From contig CAVWFS010000004.1 of NCBI GenBank assembly GCA_963754315.1, forward strand, positions 1 to 36,751: a stretch of 36,751 nucleotides of DNA. The letters are read 5' to 3'. Position numbers and translations under genes: made by a program. The notes below the pieces were generated by a model. That model made no database searches and was not told the origin of the DNA. It worked only from the letters and a program-made list of their open reading frames with translations. Each line of letters begins with the position of its first letter. Position 1 is the first letter of the stretch. Positions 19,554 through 29,898 of this stretch are shown one piece after another. The DNA comes from an uncultured Candidatus Rokubacteria bacterium. GTDB taxonomy: Bacteria > Methylomirabilota > Methylomirabilia > Rokubacteriales > CSP1-6.

Positions 19554-20411
19554 ATGAGACGGTTGTTCCCGCTCGCGCTGTTCGTTGTGCTGTTCACTAG
19601 CCCCGCCTTCGCCCAGGAACTGCAGGGCACCCTGAAGAAGATCCGGGACTCGGGGACCATCGTCATCGGTTATCGCGATTCCGCGGTTCCCTTCTCGTTC
19701 CTGAGTCCGGAGAAGCAGCCGGTGGGGTACTCCATCGATCTCTGCCGCCGAGTCGTGGGAGGCATCCAGCAACAGCTCAAGATGTCCGATCTGAAGATCA
19801 CCTGGCAGCCGGTCAGCTCCGACACGCGGATCTCCATGGTGGCCAACGGCACGGTCGATCTGGAGTGCGGCACGACGACCCAGACCTTGAGTCGGATGGA
19901 GCAGGTCGACTTCAGCATCATGACCTTCATGGACGGCGGCAGCTTCCTGGTCCGGGCGAACACCAACATCAACGCGGTCGCCGATCTGGCGAACAAGAAA
20001 GTCGCGGTGATCCCGGGAACCACGACCGACCGAGCCCTGACGGAGGCGCTCCAGAAGAGTTTCACCAGTGTCCAGAAGGTCACGGTCAAGGACCACGCCG
20101 ACGGCTTGGCCGCGCTCGAGAGCGGCGCCGCCGACGCCTACGCTTCGGATCGGACGATTCTGGTTGGTCTCGCCGTCACCTCGAAGGATCCCTCGAAGCT
20201 GGCCCTGAGCGACCAGGGCTTCTCGTACGAGCCCTACGGCCTGGTGATGCGGCGCAACGACTCCGCCTTCCGGCTCGCCGTCAATCGGGTGCTCGTCAAT
20301 ATCTATCGTGGCCAGCAGATCGTGGAGATCTACAACAAGTGGTTCGGGGCCTTCGGTCGGCCGACCCCGCTCCTGCAGGCGATGTTTCTGACCAACGCCA
20401 TCCCGGACTAG
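19554..20411 (+). CDS. Amino-acid ABC transporter substrate-binding protein (GltI-like Glu/Asp)
   Basis: Signal peptide, GTLKKI, GYRDSAVPFS, DLECGTTT, EPYGLVMRR. AGGAGG RBS. Confidence 0.9.
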   Translation: MRRLFPLALFVVLFTSPAFAQELQGTLKKIRDSGTIVIGYRDSAVPFSFLSPEKQPVGYSIDLCRRVVGGIQQQLKMSDLKITWQPVSSDTRISMVANGTVDLECGTTTQTLSRMEQVDFSIMTFMDGGSFLVRANTNINAVADLANKKVAVIPGTTTDRALTEALQKSFTSVQKVTVKDHADGLAALESGAADAYASDRTILVGLAVTSKDPSKLALSDQGFSYEPYGLVMRRNDSAFRLAVNRVLVNIYRGQQIVEIYNKWFGAFGRPTPLLQAMFLTNAIPD

Positions 20412-20661
20412 CGCATCGTGCCCGCCTCAGCTGACGCGCCGAGATCGCGCGCGGGGCGGGCACGGTCCCTTCCCACCCGAGGGCTCGAGCCACTGTCGCG
20501 CACGTTGCTCAGGGTCTCCTGTTCGCCTTCAGACTGAACGCGCCCCGCTGCAACACTCGTCGTCACACAAGTTCTGGTCCGCGCACGCCACGGCGACGTC
20601 GGCCACCGCGCGGCGTCGAGCTCACGTCGGCGACAGCGATGCTACGATAGCGGGCGTGGCT

Positions 20662-21534
20662 ATGCGGATCGCCACCTGGAACGTCAATTCCCTCAAGGCG
20701 CGGCTCGACAAGGTTCGCTGGTGGCTGGAGCGCGCTCGGCCCGATGTCCTGCTCATGCAGGAGACAAAGCTCACCGACGCCGACGCACCTGTTCAGGTCT
20801 TTCGTGATGCGGGATACGAGCTCGCCCATCACGGCCAGGCTCAATGGAACGGCACCGCCATCGCCAGCCGTGTCGGTCTGGCGGACGTCGTGACGAATTT
20901 CGGGGAGCCCCTCCAACCGCAAGCGACCCCGGATGTCAGTGACGACGAGCCGCTGGCGGAGGCGCGCATGATCACGGCCGTATGCGGGGGCATTCGCGTC
21001 GTGAGTCTCTATGCCCCTAACGGCCGCGTGGTCGACTCCCCCTTCTATCGCGCCAAGCTCGCCTGGTTCGATCGGCTCGCGCGATGGCTCAAGACCCGCA
21101 AGGCCGACGAGCCGATGGTGCTCGGGGGCGACTTCAATGTCGCGCCGACCGACGCCGACGTGTGGGATGCCGAGGCGTGTCACGGCGGCACCCACGTGTC
21201 CGCTCCCGAGCGCGAGGCCTTCGGTCGGCTGTGCGCCTGGGGTCTGATGGACGCGTATCGGCTACGCCATCCCGAGCCGGGGCGTTACACCTGGTGGGAC
21301 TATCGGGCCGGGAACTTTTACAAGAACTTCGGAATGCGGATCGACCACCTGCTGGTGACGCCCCCGCTCGCCCTACGGACGGTGGCCGCGGAGATCGATC
21401 GGGAGGCGCGGAAGGGAAAGCCGATTCCGTCCGATCACGCTCCGCTGGTGATCGACCTCGACGAGGCCGGTCATCCCTTTGACGCGGGCTGGGCGGCGGC
21501 AGAAAGCCGCATCGCTGCCCGCCGTCCGCGCTGA
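20662..21534 (+). CDS. xth: Exodeoxyribonuclease III
   Basis: IATWNVNS, MQETK, YAPNG, GDFNVA, YTWWDYR, RIDH, SDHAP. Confidence 0.95.
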   Translation: MRIATWNVNSLKARLDKVRWWLERARPDVLLMQETKLTDADAPVQVFRDAGYELAHHGQAQWNGTAIASRVGLADVVTNFGEPLQPQATPDVSDDEPLAEARMITAVCGGIRVVSLYAPNGRVVDSPFYRAKLAWFDRLARWLKTRKADEPMVLGGDFNVAPTDADVWDAEACHGGTHVSAPEREAFGRLCAWGLMDAYRLRHPEPGRYTWWDYRAGNFYKNFGMRIDHLLVTPPLALRTVAAEIDREARKGKPIPSDHAPLVIDLDEAGHPFDAGWAAAESRIAARRPR

Positions 21535-21559
21535 ACTCTCACCGGTTCGTCGGGAGTGG

Positions 21560-22534
21560 CTATCCCGGCGCCAGGGTGGCGACAACCCGCTCGGCCTGCC
21601 GGGCGAGCGAGTCTGCCGCGATGGCCTGGGGGCCCATGGTAATCCACTGCACGCCGGCCCGCGTGAATCGGTCGATCCCCTCGCGAATCCGCGCCGGCGG
21701 GCCGAGAAGCAGCACGTCGTCGAGCAGGGCGTCGGTGAGGGCGGCCATCGCCGCCGACGTGTCGCCCGCGGAGTATGCCTTGGCGACCCGGTTCATTTCC
21801 TCCTCGTACCCGCTGGCCGAAAACGTCTTCGCGTAGTGTGGCCACCGCGCGTAGTGAACGAGGAACTCGCGCGCGGCCTGGCGGGCGGTGGCGAGATCGT
21901 CGTGAAGAAAGGTCGGGATGAGCAGGCTCACGGGCAGCGCGTCCCCATCGCGCCCGGCCTCAGTGGCCGCCCGGCGAAAGCGCTCGACCGCGCGGCGGTA
22001 GCGGGCGGGCGTGTTGATGTAAAGCATGAGTCCATCCGCATGGACCCCGGCCGCCGCGCACGTCTGGAGCGCCATGCCCGCCCAGTGAATGGGAATGGCA
22101 TGGGCCGCCGGCCGGGGTGGGCGAAGGCCCTTGACGCCCCGCCCGCTGAACACGTCTCTCAAGGCGGTCGTGGTCGCCTGGAGCGCCTCGCGCGGGTCAC
22201 GCCAGGTGAAGCCGGCCTGGGTAATCATGGATTGGTTGTTCGGTCCCAGCCCGAGGATGAGCCGCCCGGGCGCGATCTCGTCGATGGCCACCGCTGCCAT
22301 GCCCAGCATCATTGGATGACGCAGATACACGTTGGCGATGTTGGTCCCGATCAGCAACCGGGAAGTACGGGCGGCCATCATGGCCACCGTGATCACGCCG
22401 TCGTTGCTCAAGACACCTTCGACCATGAACAGGTTGTGGAATCCGGCATCCTCGGCCCGCTGAGCGAGATCCACGGCCTCGCGGTAGCCGAGACCGAACC
22501 CCCACAGGGTAATGCCAAGCTGCACGCCCATCAT
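21560..22534 (-). CDS. LLM-class (luciferase-like) flavin/F420-dependent oxidoreductase
   Basis: AEDAGF, TSRLLIGTNIANVYLRHP, GRLILGLG, ADG. Confidence 0.9.
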   Translation of the reverse strand: MMGVQLGITLWGFGLGYREAVDLAQRAEDAGFHNLFMVEGVLSNDGVITVAMMAARTSRLLIGTNIANVYLRHPMMLGMAAVAIDEIAPGRLILGLGPNNQSMITQAGFTWRDPREALQATTTALRDVFSGRGVKGLRPPRPAAHAIPIHWAGMALQTCAAAGVHADGLMLYINTPARYRRAVERFRRAATEAGRDGDALPVSLLIPTFLHDDLATARQAAREFLVHYARWPHYAKTFSASGYEEEMNRVAKAYSAGDTSAAMAALTDALLDDVLLLGPPARIREGIDRFTRAGVQWITMGPQAIAADSLARQAERVVATLAPG

Positions 22535-23130
22535 CAGTCGAGCAGGGTGAAGACCTGCGTGTAGCCGCCCGCGGGATGCCGGGTGCTGGTCAGCTGACCA
22601 CGAGCCCCGATGAAGGCCCCCGTCCCGCCGAGGACCGCCCGAACCACGGGATAGCCGGCTTGGAACTCTGCCCCGTTCGCGGGGTAGTCCGGAACCCCCG
22701 CCACGACGATCTGATGTTGTCGGTCGTTGGAGATGAAGAAGAGCTGGGTAATTCGTTGCTCCACCCCGGGCTGAGCGCCCGTATCCGTCTTGACCACGGT
22801 CTTGACTCCGAACACTTGGCCGACAACGGCCCCGCCCACGTTGAGTCGAAGGTCAGCGTGGAAGTAGAACGCGTCTCCGTGGATCTGGCCGGATCCATCG
22901 ACGGGCGTGATCGTCGGCGCATCCTGATGGATGACGAACTCTGACGTGCTGAGTCCGCGTGGGCTGCCTTCGGCAAGCCCTTCTCCAGGTGCGGTACTTC
23001 CTTCGGCGCCGTCGGGTCGGGCGAGCCACCCGGCGAGCGCGGCTGCGCCGAACACGTTCGTGGCTCCGAGCATGAAGTGACGCCGATCCACTCCCCCGGC
23101 TGATTCATCTCCGCGCGCACGCTCACTCAT
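22534..23130 (-). CDS. Tat-exported allene-oxide-cyclase/dirigent-like beta-barrel protein
   Basis: DRRHFM twin-arginine signal; GD..F..; C-terminal AVLGGTGAFIGARGQ typical of the AOC/dirigent fold. Confidence 0.65.
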   Translation of the reverse strand: MSERARGDESAGGVDRRHFMLGATNVFGAAALAGWLARPDGAEGSTAPGEGLAEGSPRGLSTSEFVIHQDAPTITPVDGSGQIHGDAFYFHADLRLNVGGAVVGQVFGVKTVVKTDTGAQPGVEQRITQLFFISNDRQHQIVVAGVPDYPANGAEFQAGYPVVRAVLGGTGAFIGARGQLTSTRHPAGGYTQVFTLLD

Positions 23131-23198
23131 CGAGTCGCCTCCACTCTGTTGGGGCTAGGACGATCGACTCTGATCGTGCTGGATCGCTGCTGCTGGCG

Positions 23199-24119
23199 TC
23201 AAGAGGCCAGCGGGTTGCGGCCCCGAGCCCAGTCGTGAAAGATCTGGGCCGTCGGGTCATCCATAGGGAAGAAGCACTCCACCCGAATCTCCTGCAGGGT
23301 CACGTCGTGCGGGGTGCCCAGGGTCGCGATGGTGGTGAACAGGCGAAGCGACGTCTCCTGGCGCCTGAAATGAATGGTGAGTACGGGCGCCCGGGTCTCG
23401 GCCGGGTTGGGGATCTGCGAGAGCGCCGGCAGATCGGGGAAGGCGAGTAGCCGTGTGAGGAGATCGGCGGTTTGCCGCGTACCGTCCGCGATGGCGTCCG
23501 CCTGCACGCCGCGCACGAAGTAGAGGGCGACCGCCTCCCAGTTGACGATGAAGGGCCGCAGCCCATCGGGGGACACGAGCGCGATAGCAAGGTTCACCGG
23601 TTCCGCCGACGCTGCTGCCGACGCCGGTGGCGGCCCGGTGAGAAACTCGACCAGTCGCACCGCGCCGGCATTCGCCCGCAACAGATTCCAGCGCCGGTCC
23701 ACCACGAAGGCGGGATATGGCTCCTGCTGAGCCAACATGTAGCCGAGTGCGCTGTTGACCTGAGCGAGCTCTGGCGCAGAGAGGTCGCTTTCGCGCCACG
23801 CCGGCGCGAAACCTGCCGCCAGCATAAGCGCGTTCTGCTGGCGCAGAGGAAGGTCCAGCACGGCGGCCAGCCGCAGGATCATCTCCCGGCTCGGCCCCGC
23901 GCGCCCGGACTCCAGAAAGCTGAGGTGGCGTTGAGTAGTGTCGGCGGCACTGGCCAGATCGAGCTGTGAGAACCCGCGGCGCTCACGCCACCAGCGCAAG
24001 CCGAAACCGAATCTGCTCGGCGCCTCGTCCGTGGGCGCGGCGCTCGCCGTGGGCTTTCTCGTCTTCCTCACGATCTTCCACTTCGACGGCAAGGATCCCA
24101 CGAACGCGACCTTGATCAT
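23199..24119 (-). CDS. XRE-family regulator with MmyB-like ligand-binding domain
   Basis: LRWWRERRGFSQLDLA..RHLSFLESGR HTH; PYPAFVVDRRWN; TTIATLGTPHDVTLQEIRVECFFP. AAGGAGG RBS; exact start uncertain. Confidence 0.9.
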   Translation of the reverse strand: MIKVAFVGSLPSKWKIVRKTRKPTASAAPTDEAPSRFGFGLRWWRERRGFSQLDLASAADTTQRHLSFLESGRAGPSREMILRLAAVLDLPLRQQNALMLAAGFAPAWRESDLSAPELAQVNSALGYMLAQQEPYPAFVVDRRWNLLRANAGAVRLVEFLTGPPPASAAASAEPVNLAIALVSPDGLRPFIVNWEAVALYFVRGVQADAIADGTRQTADLLTRLLAFPDLPALSQIPNPAETRAPVLTIHFRRQETSLRLFTTIATLGTPHDVTLQEIRVECFFPMDDPTAQIFHDWARGRNPLAS

Positions 24120-24168
24120 CAGGCCCTCCTTTGCCTCTGCATCCTGCCGGGAGGCAGGGAGGTGATCA

Positions 24169-24185
24169 ATTCCTTGCCAGGTAAT
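24169..24185. promoter_or_regulatory. Imperfect palindrome, candidate operator of the divergent XRE regulator
   Basis: attccttgccaggtaat (12/17 self-complementary) in the short divergent spacer. Confidence 0.3.
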
Positions 24186-24218
24186 ACTATCGGGTGCCTG
24201 GAACAGGAGGCGACACGC

Positions 24219-25244
24219 ATGGGAACTGAGACCACGCCAGCATTCGGGTTCACGCTGCCGCAACGCGGCATCTTCTTCGGCGTCACGACCGTGCCCGAGA
24301 TGCTCGCCCTCGCTTCGAAGGCCGACGCCAATCCGCTCTTCGGCTCGATCTGGGTCGGTGACAGTCTTGGGGCGAAGCCGCGACCTGACTCAATTGCGTT
24401 GCTGGGAGCCCTGACGGCAGCCACGCAGCGCGTCAGCCTCGGCGCCGGCTGCATGGCGTCGTTCCCCGTGCGCGACCCGCTGGTCTTTGCGTATCAGTGG
24501 GCGACCCTTGACCTCCTCTCGAATGGACGCACGCTACTGGCCGCGTGCACGGGGCTAGTGGGCGGCGGGGCCAGCGCGCGCGAGGGAGCGCCCTACCAGG
24601 TCGCCGACCGTGAACGGGTGGCCCGACTCGTCGAGAACATCGAGATCTGCCGGCGCCTGTGGTCTGCCGAGCACGTGTCCTACAAGGGCCGCTTCCGATC
24701 CTTCGAGGATCTCACGCTCGTGCCCCGTCCCCTGCAGCAGCCCTGTCCGATCTGGATCGCCTCGAATCCGCGGTCGCCGCTCGCCGGTCCCGCGCTCGAG
24801 CGCGCACATCGCCGGGTCGCCCAGATCGCCGACGGCTGGATGACGACACGGCTTCTACCCGGGCTAGCCAGGAACAACTGGTCCGGTATCGCGAGCGCAC
24901 TCAAGAGCGAGGGCCGCGACCCCAACGCGTTTCCGACCATGGCCTATCACAATGTCAATCTGAACCCAAGCAGCCAGGCGGCCCTGGAAGAGTCCAAGCG
25001 CTTCCTCGACGCCTATTACGGTCCGGTATTCTCGCCGCAAATGGTCGAGGCATGGACGGCGGCCGGCACGCCCGCCCAGTGCGTCAGTCATCTTTGCGAG
25101 CTTCTCGCAGAGGGGCCGAAGTCGGTCACTCTGCGCATCACGTCATGGCGGCAGACCGAGCAATTCGAGCGGCTCGTCGACGAAGTCTTACCTCGCCTCG
25201 CGACCGTGTTGGGAGAGGGACGAGTCCAAAGGTTGGAGTCGTAA
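24219..25244 (+). CDS. LLM-class flavin-dependent oxidoreductase
   Basis: SIWVGDS, WATLDLLSNGR, PRPLQQPCPIWIA, ADGW. AGGAGG RBS. Confidence 0.9.
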   Translation: MGTETTPAFGFTLPQRGIFFGVTTVPEMLALASKADANPLFGSIWVGDSLGAKPRPDSIALLGALTAATQRVSLGAGCMASFPVRDPLVFAYQWATLDLLSNGRTLLAACTGLVGGGASAREGAPYQVADRERVARLVENIEICRRLWSAEHVSYKGRFRSFEDLTLVPRPLQQPCPIWIASNPRSPLAGPALERAHRRVAQIADGWMTTRLLPGLARNNWSGIASALKSEGRDPNAFPTMAYHNVNLNPSSQAALEESKRFLDAYYGPVFSPQMVEAWTAAGTPAQCVSHLCELLAEGPKSVTLRITSWRQTEQFERLVDEVLPRLATVLGEGRVQRLES

Positions 25245-25250
25245 CCGGTC

Positions 25251-26171
25251 TTACACTTTCGGGCGCACCTCGTTGGCAAACCGATCCAAGGTGTCGAGGG
25301 CCACACCGAGCGTCTCGGGCATGATGTCGAAGCAGAATTCTGTTGCCCCCGCGTCGCGGAATCGCCGGAGAGCGTCAACGACGTCTTGGGGGCGCCCTTC
25401 AGTCGGCGCTTGTCCGTCCTGGGGCGGGCTGTCCTGGAATGCAAGGACCACCTTCGGCGCCACCGGGAACTCACGGGCGGACCGGCCCTCGGCCTCTAGC
25501 GCCGCCTGCAGCGCTGGACGCAGCTTGGTAATTCCCTCGGGGGTCACCTTGAATGGGTGCCAGGCATCGCCGTAACGGGCGGCGCGTCGCATCGCTGCCG
25601 CGGTGTTGCCTCCGATGTAGATCGGAGGGTGGGGATGCTGGACGGGCTTGGGCCCCATCTCCGCGTCCGTAAACCGATAGGTAGGCCCGTCGATGCTTGT
25701 CCGCGGTTGGGTCCACAGGGCCTTGATGATGGCCAGATCCTCATCCGCCCGGGCGCCGCGATCCGAGAAGGCATAGCCGAGAGCCTCGAACTCCTCGCGG
25801 AACCATCCGACGCCGACGCCGAGGTTGACCCGGCCCTCGCTGAGCTGGTCGAGCTCGGCGACCTGGGCCGCCACCTCGACGGGATTCCGCATCGGGAGAA
25901 TCAGCACACTGGTGCCGAGCCTTACGTGGCGCGTGCGGGCCGCCAGATAGTTCAAGACACTGAAGGGCTGATAGTACCTCCGCTTCCACCCCTCGGGGAG
26001 CTGTCCATCCGCTCGTCCCGGATAGCGAGACACGCGCAGGGCAGGCATGATGAGGTGGTCACTCGCCCAGAGCGCATCGAGCCCGCACGCTTCTGCCTTG
26101 TCGGCCATTTGGTTGAACGTGTCCCGGCTGGCCTCGTCGCCGCGTACCACGATCGACATTCCGTACTTCAT
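25251..26171 (-). CDS. LLM-class probable F420-dependent oxidoreductase
   Basis: LWASDH, LGTSVLILPMRNP, GVGVGWFREEFEALG, PKPVQHPHPPIYIGG. Confidence 0.92.
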   Translation of the reverse strand: MKYGMSIVVRGDEASRDTFNQMADKAEACGLDALWASDHLIMPALRVSRYPGRADGQLPEGWKRRYYQPFSVLNYLAARTRHVRLGTSVLILPMRNPVEVAAQVAELDQLSEGRVNLGVGVGWFREEFEALGYAFSDRGARADEDLAIIKALWTQPRTSIDGPTYRFTDAEMGPKPVQHPHPPIYIGGNTAAAMRRAARYGDAWHPFKVTPEGITKLRPALQAALEAEGRSAREFPVAPKVVLAFQDSPPQDGQAPTEGRPQDVVDALRRFRDAGATEFCFDIMPETLGVALDTLDRFANEVRPKV

Positions 26172-26219
26172 CAGGCACCTCCCCGGGGTCGAGCGGCTTC
26201 ACGTTACACTCTTTCCGAA

Positions 26220-27669
26220 ATGTCGTCCTTTAGAAACGCGGCGCCGCCGAGCCAGGAGTGTGAGCGACCGCGCACGAGCTGGCGGGCGCTTCTGACTCCC
26301 GAATTGATCCCGTCGTTGGCTGTGCTGCTGGGCGGTGTGCTGCTGCATTCGATGAATGTCCTGCTGGTGGCGACCGTGCTGCCGAGTATCGTCAACGAGG
26401 TTGGCGGGGCGGCGCTGATGAGCTGGCCGACCACCGCCTTCCTCGCGTCCTCCATCGTGGCGGCGACCTGCACGGGCCTCCTGACCGCGGTCATCGGGCC
26501 GGGGCGCGCGTTCGCCGCCGGCGCGTTGATCTTTTGCGCCGGGTCCCTTCTGTGCGCGTTCGCGCCGGCGATGCGGCACGTCATCCTCGGCCGCTTTGTC
26601 CAGGGCTTCGGCGGCGGTCTCTTATCGGCCGTGGCCTATATACTCGTCCGCGGCACGTTCCCCGAAGGCCTCTGGCCGCGAGTGTTCGCATTGCTGGCCA
26701 GCGTCTGGAGCATCTCCGTGCTCGTCGGTCCGTTGTTGGGCGGCGTCTTTGCAACCTACGGCAGTTGGCGCGGCGCCTTCTTTGCCGTCGCCGGTCTCGC
26801 CGGGCTGCTTGGGCTCGTCGGCGCTGCGAGCGCTGCCGACGCCCGACATCGGCGGCGCTCGGCCGCGCGTGCCGGGTGGCCGGGTTGCCCTGATCGGTCT
26901 CGCTATCGCCGCGATGTCGCTCGCCGCGATCGCGGAGGTGCCCGTCGCCAAGGCGGGCCTCATTGCCGCGAGTGTCGCCGCACTCGCGGTCGCGCTCCGT
27001 CTGGACCGCGCGGCCGCTGCTCCCCTCATGCCTGGCGATGCCTTTTCGCTGCACTCCGCGACGGGTGTCGGCCTGTGGATTGCGGCGCTCCTGTCGATCG
27101 CTTTTGTTCCACTGCAGATCTTCGTGCCGGTGTTCCTGCAACGTCTGCACGGGCTCGATCCGCTCGCGGCGGGCTACACGGTCGCGGGCGCCTCGATGGC
27201 ATGGACCGTCGCGGCCGTCGCCGTCGCCGGCCTGTCGAATCGCTGGTCGGAGCGGATTGTCATCGTCGGTCCGCTGACGATGGGAACGGGGTTGCTCGGC
27301 ATCGCCATCGCGATGCCGGCGGGCTCGATGCTGTCCATCCTGGTGGCGATCCTCCTGGTGGGCGGGGGCATCGGCGCCTGTTGGGCCTTCATCGCCCAGG
27401 CCATCATGAGAGGGGCCAGGCGCGGCGAAGAGGACATCGCCGCGTCGTCGGTGGCAACCGTGCAGCAGACAGGCTACGCGCTCGGGGCCGCCGTCGCTGG
27501 TCTCGTCGCCAACGCCACCGGCTTCTCTAGTGTCGGGGACACGATGGGCATCGTCCGCGCGGCTTTCTGGGTGCCGGCCACCTTCATCGTCGCCGCCGCC
27601 CTCGCCGGAATCATGGGAGTGCGCCTGGGCTTCTTGGCCATGCGAGCGCGTTCGGCTGCCGCCGAATGA
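26220..27669 (+). CDS. MFS drug/metabolite transporter (14-TM type), frameshift near 26833
   Basis: Hydrophobic helices, GRFVQGFGGG, GPLLGG, SWR..F; continues in the 26596-27669 frame. Confidence 0.88.
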
Positions 27670-27738
27670 ATCACAACATGGGCTGGCGATGCTGGAGCTC
27701 AGGCGCCCGTTCCCGGTCGCCTGGGCCGCCGCCCTGTT

Positions 27739-28125
27739 TCACCAGAGGCGCGTGACGCCGTAGTCGTCGAAGATCGTCTCATTGCTGGCGATCGGAACGC
27801 CTTCCGCCTGAGCTTGGACGATCAGCATCCGGTCGAAGGGATCGCGATGGTCTCCGGCCAACGACCCCGCCCGCTGGGCATGGTGCACCGTGATGGACAG
27901 CGGCACGAAGCCCTGGGACTCTATGCATGCGGGCACGTCGACCGCCACCTCCATCGCGCGGGGCAGCTTGCCAAGCCGAGCCTTGGTGGTGATCTCCCAG
28001 ACCGATGCCGCGCTGACCAGCACCTCGTTCGCCGGCTCACCGATAAGCGCCCTGACCCGGGCGGGAAGACGCCGGTCGCCGTCGAGCCACCAGAGCAGCG
28101 CGTGCGTGTCGAGCAACAGCCGCAC
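27739..28125 (-). CDS. vapC: PIN-domain VapC-like toxin
   Basis: LLLDTHALLWW, SAASVWE, HRDPFDRML. Confidence 0.93.
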   Translation of the reverse strand: MRLLLDTHALLWWLDGDRRLPARVRALIGEPANEVLVSAASVWEITTKARLGKLPRAMEVAVDVPACIESQGFVPLSITVHHAQRAGSLAGDHRDPFDRMLIVQAQAEGVPIASNETIFDDYGVTRLW

Positions 28126-28359
28126 CTACCGCTCCCACCCCTCGAGCTCCTCAGGCGGGAGAGGTGCGAAGAACGCCTTTGTGGTTTGCGCGCGACCCCG
28201 CATGGCCCCAAATCGGCGGCGAGGGGTTACCTTCCGCACTGGCACCAGGCGCACAACGGGCATACGTCCGCGCGCGATCACCACGTCCTCTCCAGCACAG
28301 GCTCGCTCGATGAGCTTCGATAGATGCGTCTTCGCCGCGTGCACGGTCACGAGCTTCAT
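28126..28359 (-). CDS. Phd/YefM-family antitoxin
   Basis: VTVHAAKTHLSKLIE..GEDVVIAR..PVVRLVP; immediately upstream of the PIN toxin. Confidence 0.93.
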   Translation of the reverse strand: MKLVTVHAAKTHLSKLIERACAGEDVVIARGRMPVVRLVPVRKVTPRRRFGAMRGRAQTTKAFFAPLPPEELEGWER

Positions 28360-28366
28360 GGGAGTG

Positions 28367-28395
28367 AAGTTAGCTAAGCTGAGTTAGCTAGTCAA
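28367..28395 (-). promoter_or_regulatory. Sigma70 promoter with overlapping operator repeats for the TA operon
   Basis: rc TTGACT-17 nt-TAACTT, 7 nt before ATG. agttagcta occurs at 28368 and 28382 (TAGCTA palindromic cores). Confidence 0.7.
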
Positions 28396-28478
28396 GCCCA
28401 GGCCGACGGCAGAGCTGGCAGCACCGATCCTCTCCCCGCCCGCGACGTTTGGCGCGCTGACAGGTCGGCAGTCTTTCG

Positions 28479-29276
28479 CTACTTCCGGATACCGATCTTC
28501 GCCGCTACGTCCGTGTAGTAGGCGGCCTGAGTTTCGACGAAAGCGGTCAGCTCACGGCTCGGGAAGATGCTGGTGATCTTGTCGGCGATGGACACCCGCG
28601 CCTCCTCAATTCCGAGGAAGATCTCCGAGATCGCGAAGAGGCCGACGATCAGCGCGATGAGGTCCACGCCGCCGTAGAGATCTTGGAAGCCGAAGGTGAA
28701 GCGCGGCTGGGCGGTCGCGGGGCCCATGCCGACCAGAGCAAGGAGGTAGCCGAGCAGCGCCATGGCGATTCCACGCGAGAGCGAAGCGCCGGAGAGCGAG
28801 ACCACCGCCGTGAAGGCGAGCACCATGAGACCGAAGTACTCGGGAGGGCCGAACCGGAGCGCCTGGTCGGCCAGCGCCGGGGCGAAGAGCGTGAGGGCGA
28901 TGACACCGAAGGTTCCCGCGATGAAGGATCCGATGGCAGCCACCCCAAGCGCGACCCCACCCCGTCCCTGCTGAGCCATCGGGTAGCCATCCCAGCAGGT
29001 GGGCACCGAGGCCACCTCGCCCGGGATGTTGAGCAGGATCGCCGTGGTGGAACCACCATACATGGCGCCGTAGTAGATCGCGGCCAGCATGATGATGGCC
29101 GGCACCGGCGGTAGGACCGCAGTCAGGGGGAAGAGAATGGCAATGGCGGCCGTGGGGCCGAGGCCGGGCAGCACACCCACCAGGGTTCCCAGCAGCGAAC
29201 CCAACAGGGCCATCGTGAGATTGACCGGCGAGAGAGCTGCCCCGAACCCCGCGGCCAAGTGGCTGAGGACGTCCAC
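28479..29276 (-). pseudogene. tctA: Tripartite tricarboxylate transporter permease TctA, truncated (265 aa) with foreign C-terminus
   Basis: GVLPGLGP, YYGAMYGGSTTAILLNIPG, FGPPEYF, GLFAISE. About half the usual length. Confidence 0.88.
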
Positions 29277-29282
29277 GGTCCC

Positions 29283-29741
29283 TCAGATCCCGATCCAGCC
29301 CGTGGGCAGCGGCTCGTGCAACCACACCCTGAACAGCAGAAAGAGCGCCCCTGTCGTGCAGCAGCCGATGAGAAGAGCCACGGGCCACCGATAGCTGCCC
29401 ATGACACGGTAGAGCCCGGTCGAGACGACAAGGGTACTGAGGGTATAGCCCAGATACGGTGTGATGATGTAATAGGCGGCGAGCGCCCCCGCGCTCGTGA
29501 GGAGCTGGCGACGCTCGGCGCCCGTGGGGAACCTGACGTGACTGATCGGCCACCGGGCGATGAAGAGCGTGTAGAGGCCCATGAGGAGCAACGAGACGCC
29601 GACGATCCAGGGAAACGTGTCGTCTCCCACCACGGCGCCGGCCACCATTTCCTCGCGGAGGGCCGCCAAACGCCAAGCCTCGAATAGGCTCACCCCGCCC
29701 AGCAGCGCCAGAGCCCCGCCGACGACCGTTCGCTCGTTCAC
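29283..29741 (-). CDS. tctB: Tripartite tricarboxylate transporter TctB
   Basis: Four hydrophobic helices, G..TFP, LGY, F..WL..PLP; adjacent to tctA. Confidence 0.85.
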   Translation of the reverse strand: MNERTVVGGALALLGGVSLFEAWRLAALREEMVAGAVVGDDTFPWIVGVSLLLMGLYTLFIARWPISHVRFPTGAERRQLLTSAGALAAYYIITPYLGYTLSTLVVSTGLYRVMGSYRWPVALLIGCCTTGALFLLFRVWLHEPLPTGWIGI

Positions 29742-29898
29742 CGCGTCTTCTCCCCGTTGGGCCGCGGACGGCGCCGGTTATACCACCCCGACTCGAGTCC
29801 TGGCCACGGCTTTATGAAGCGTGCGCTACCAACAGCGCGTCTCGCGGTTCAGTCTCAGGGAGCCGACGGAGGCCCGGCGCGACCGCTTCATGGTAAGG

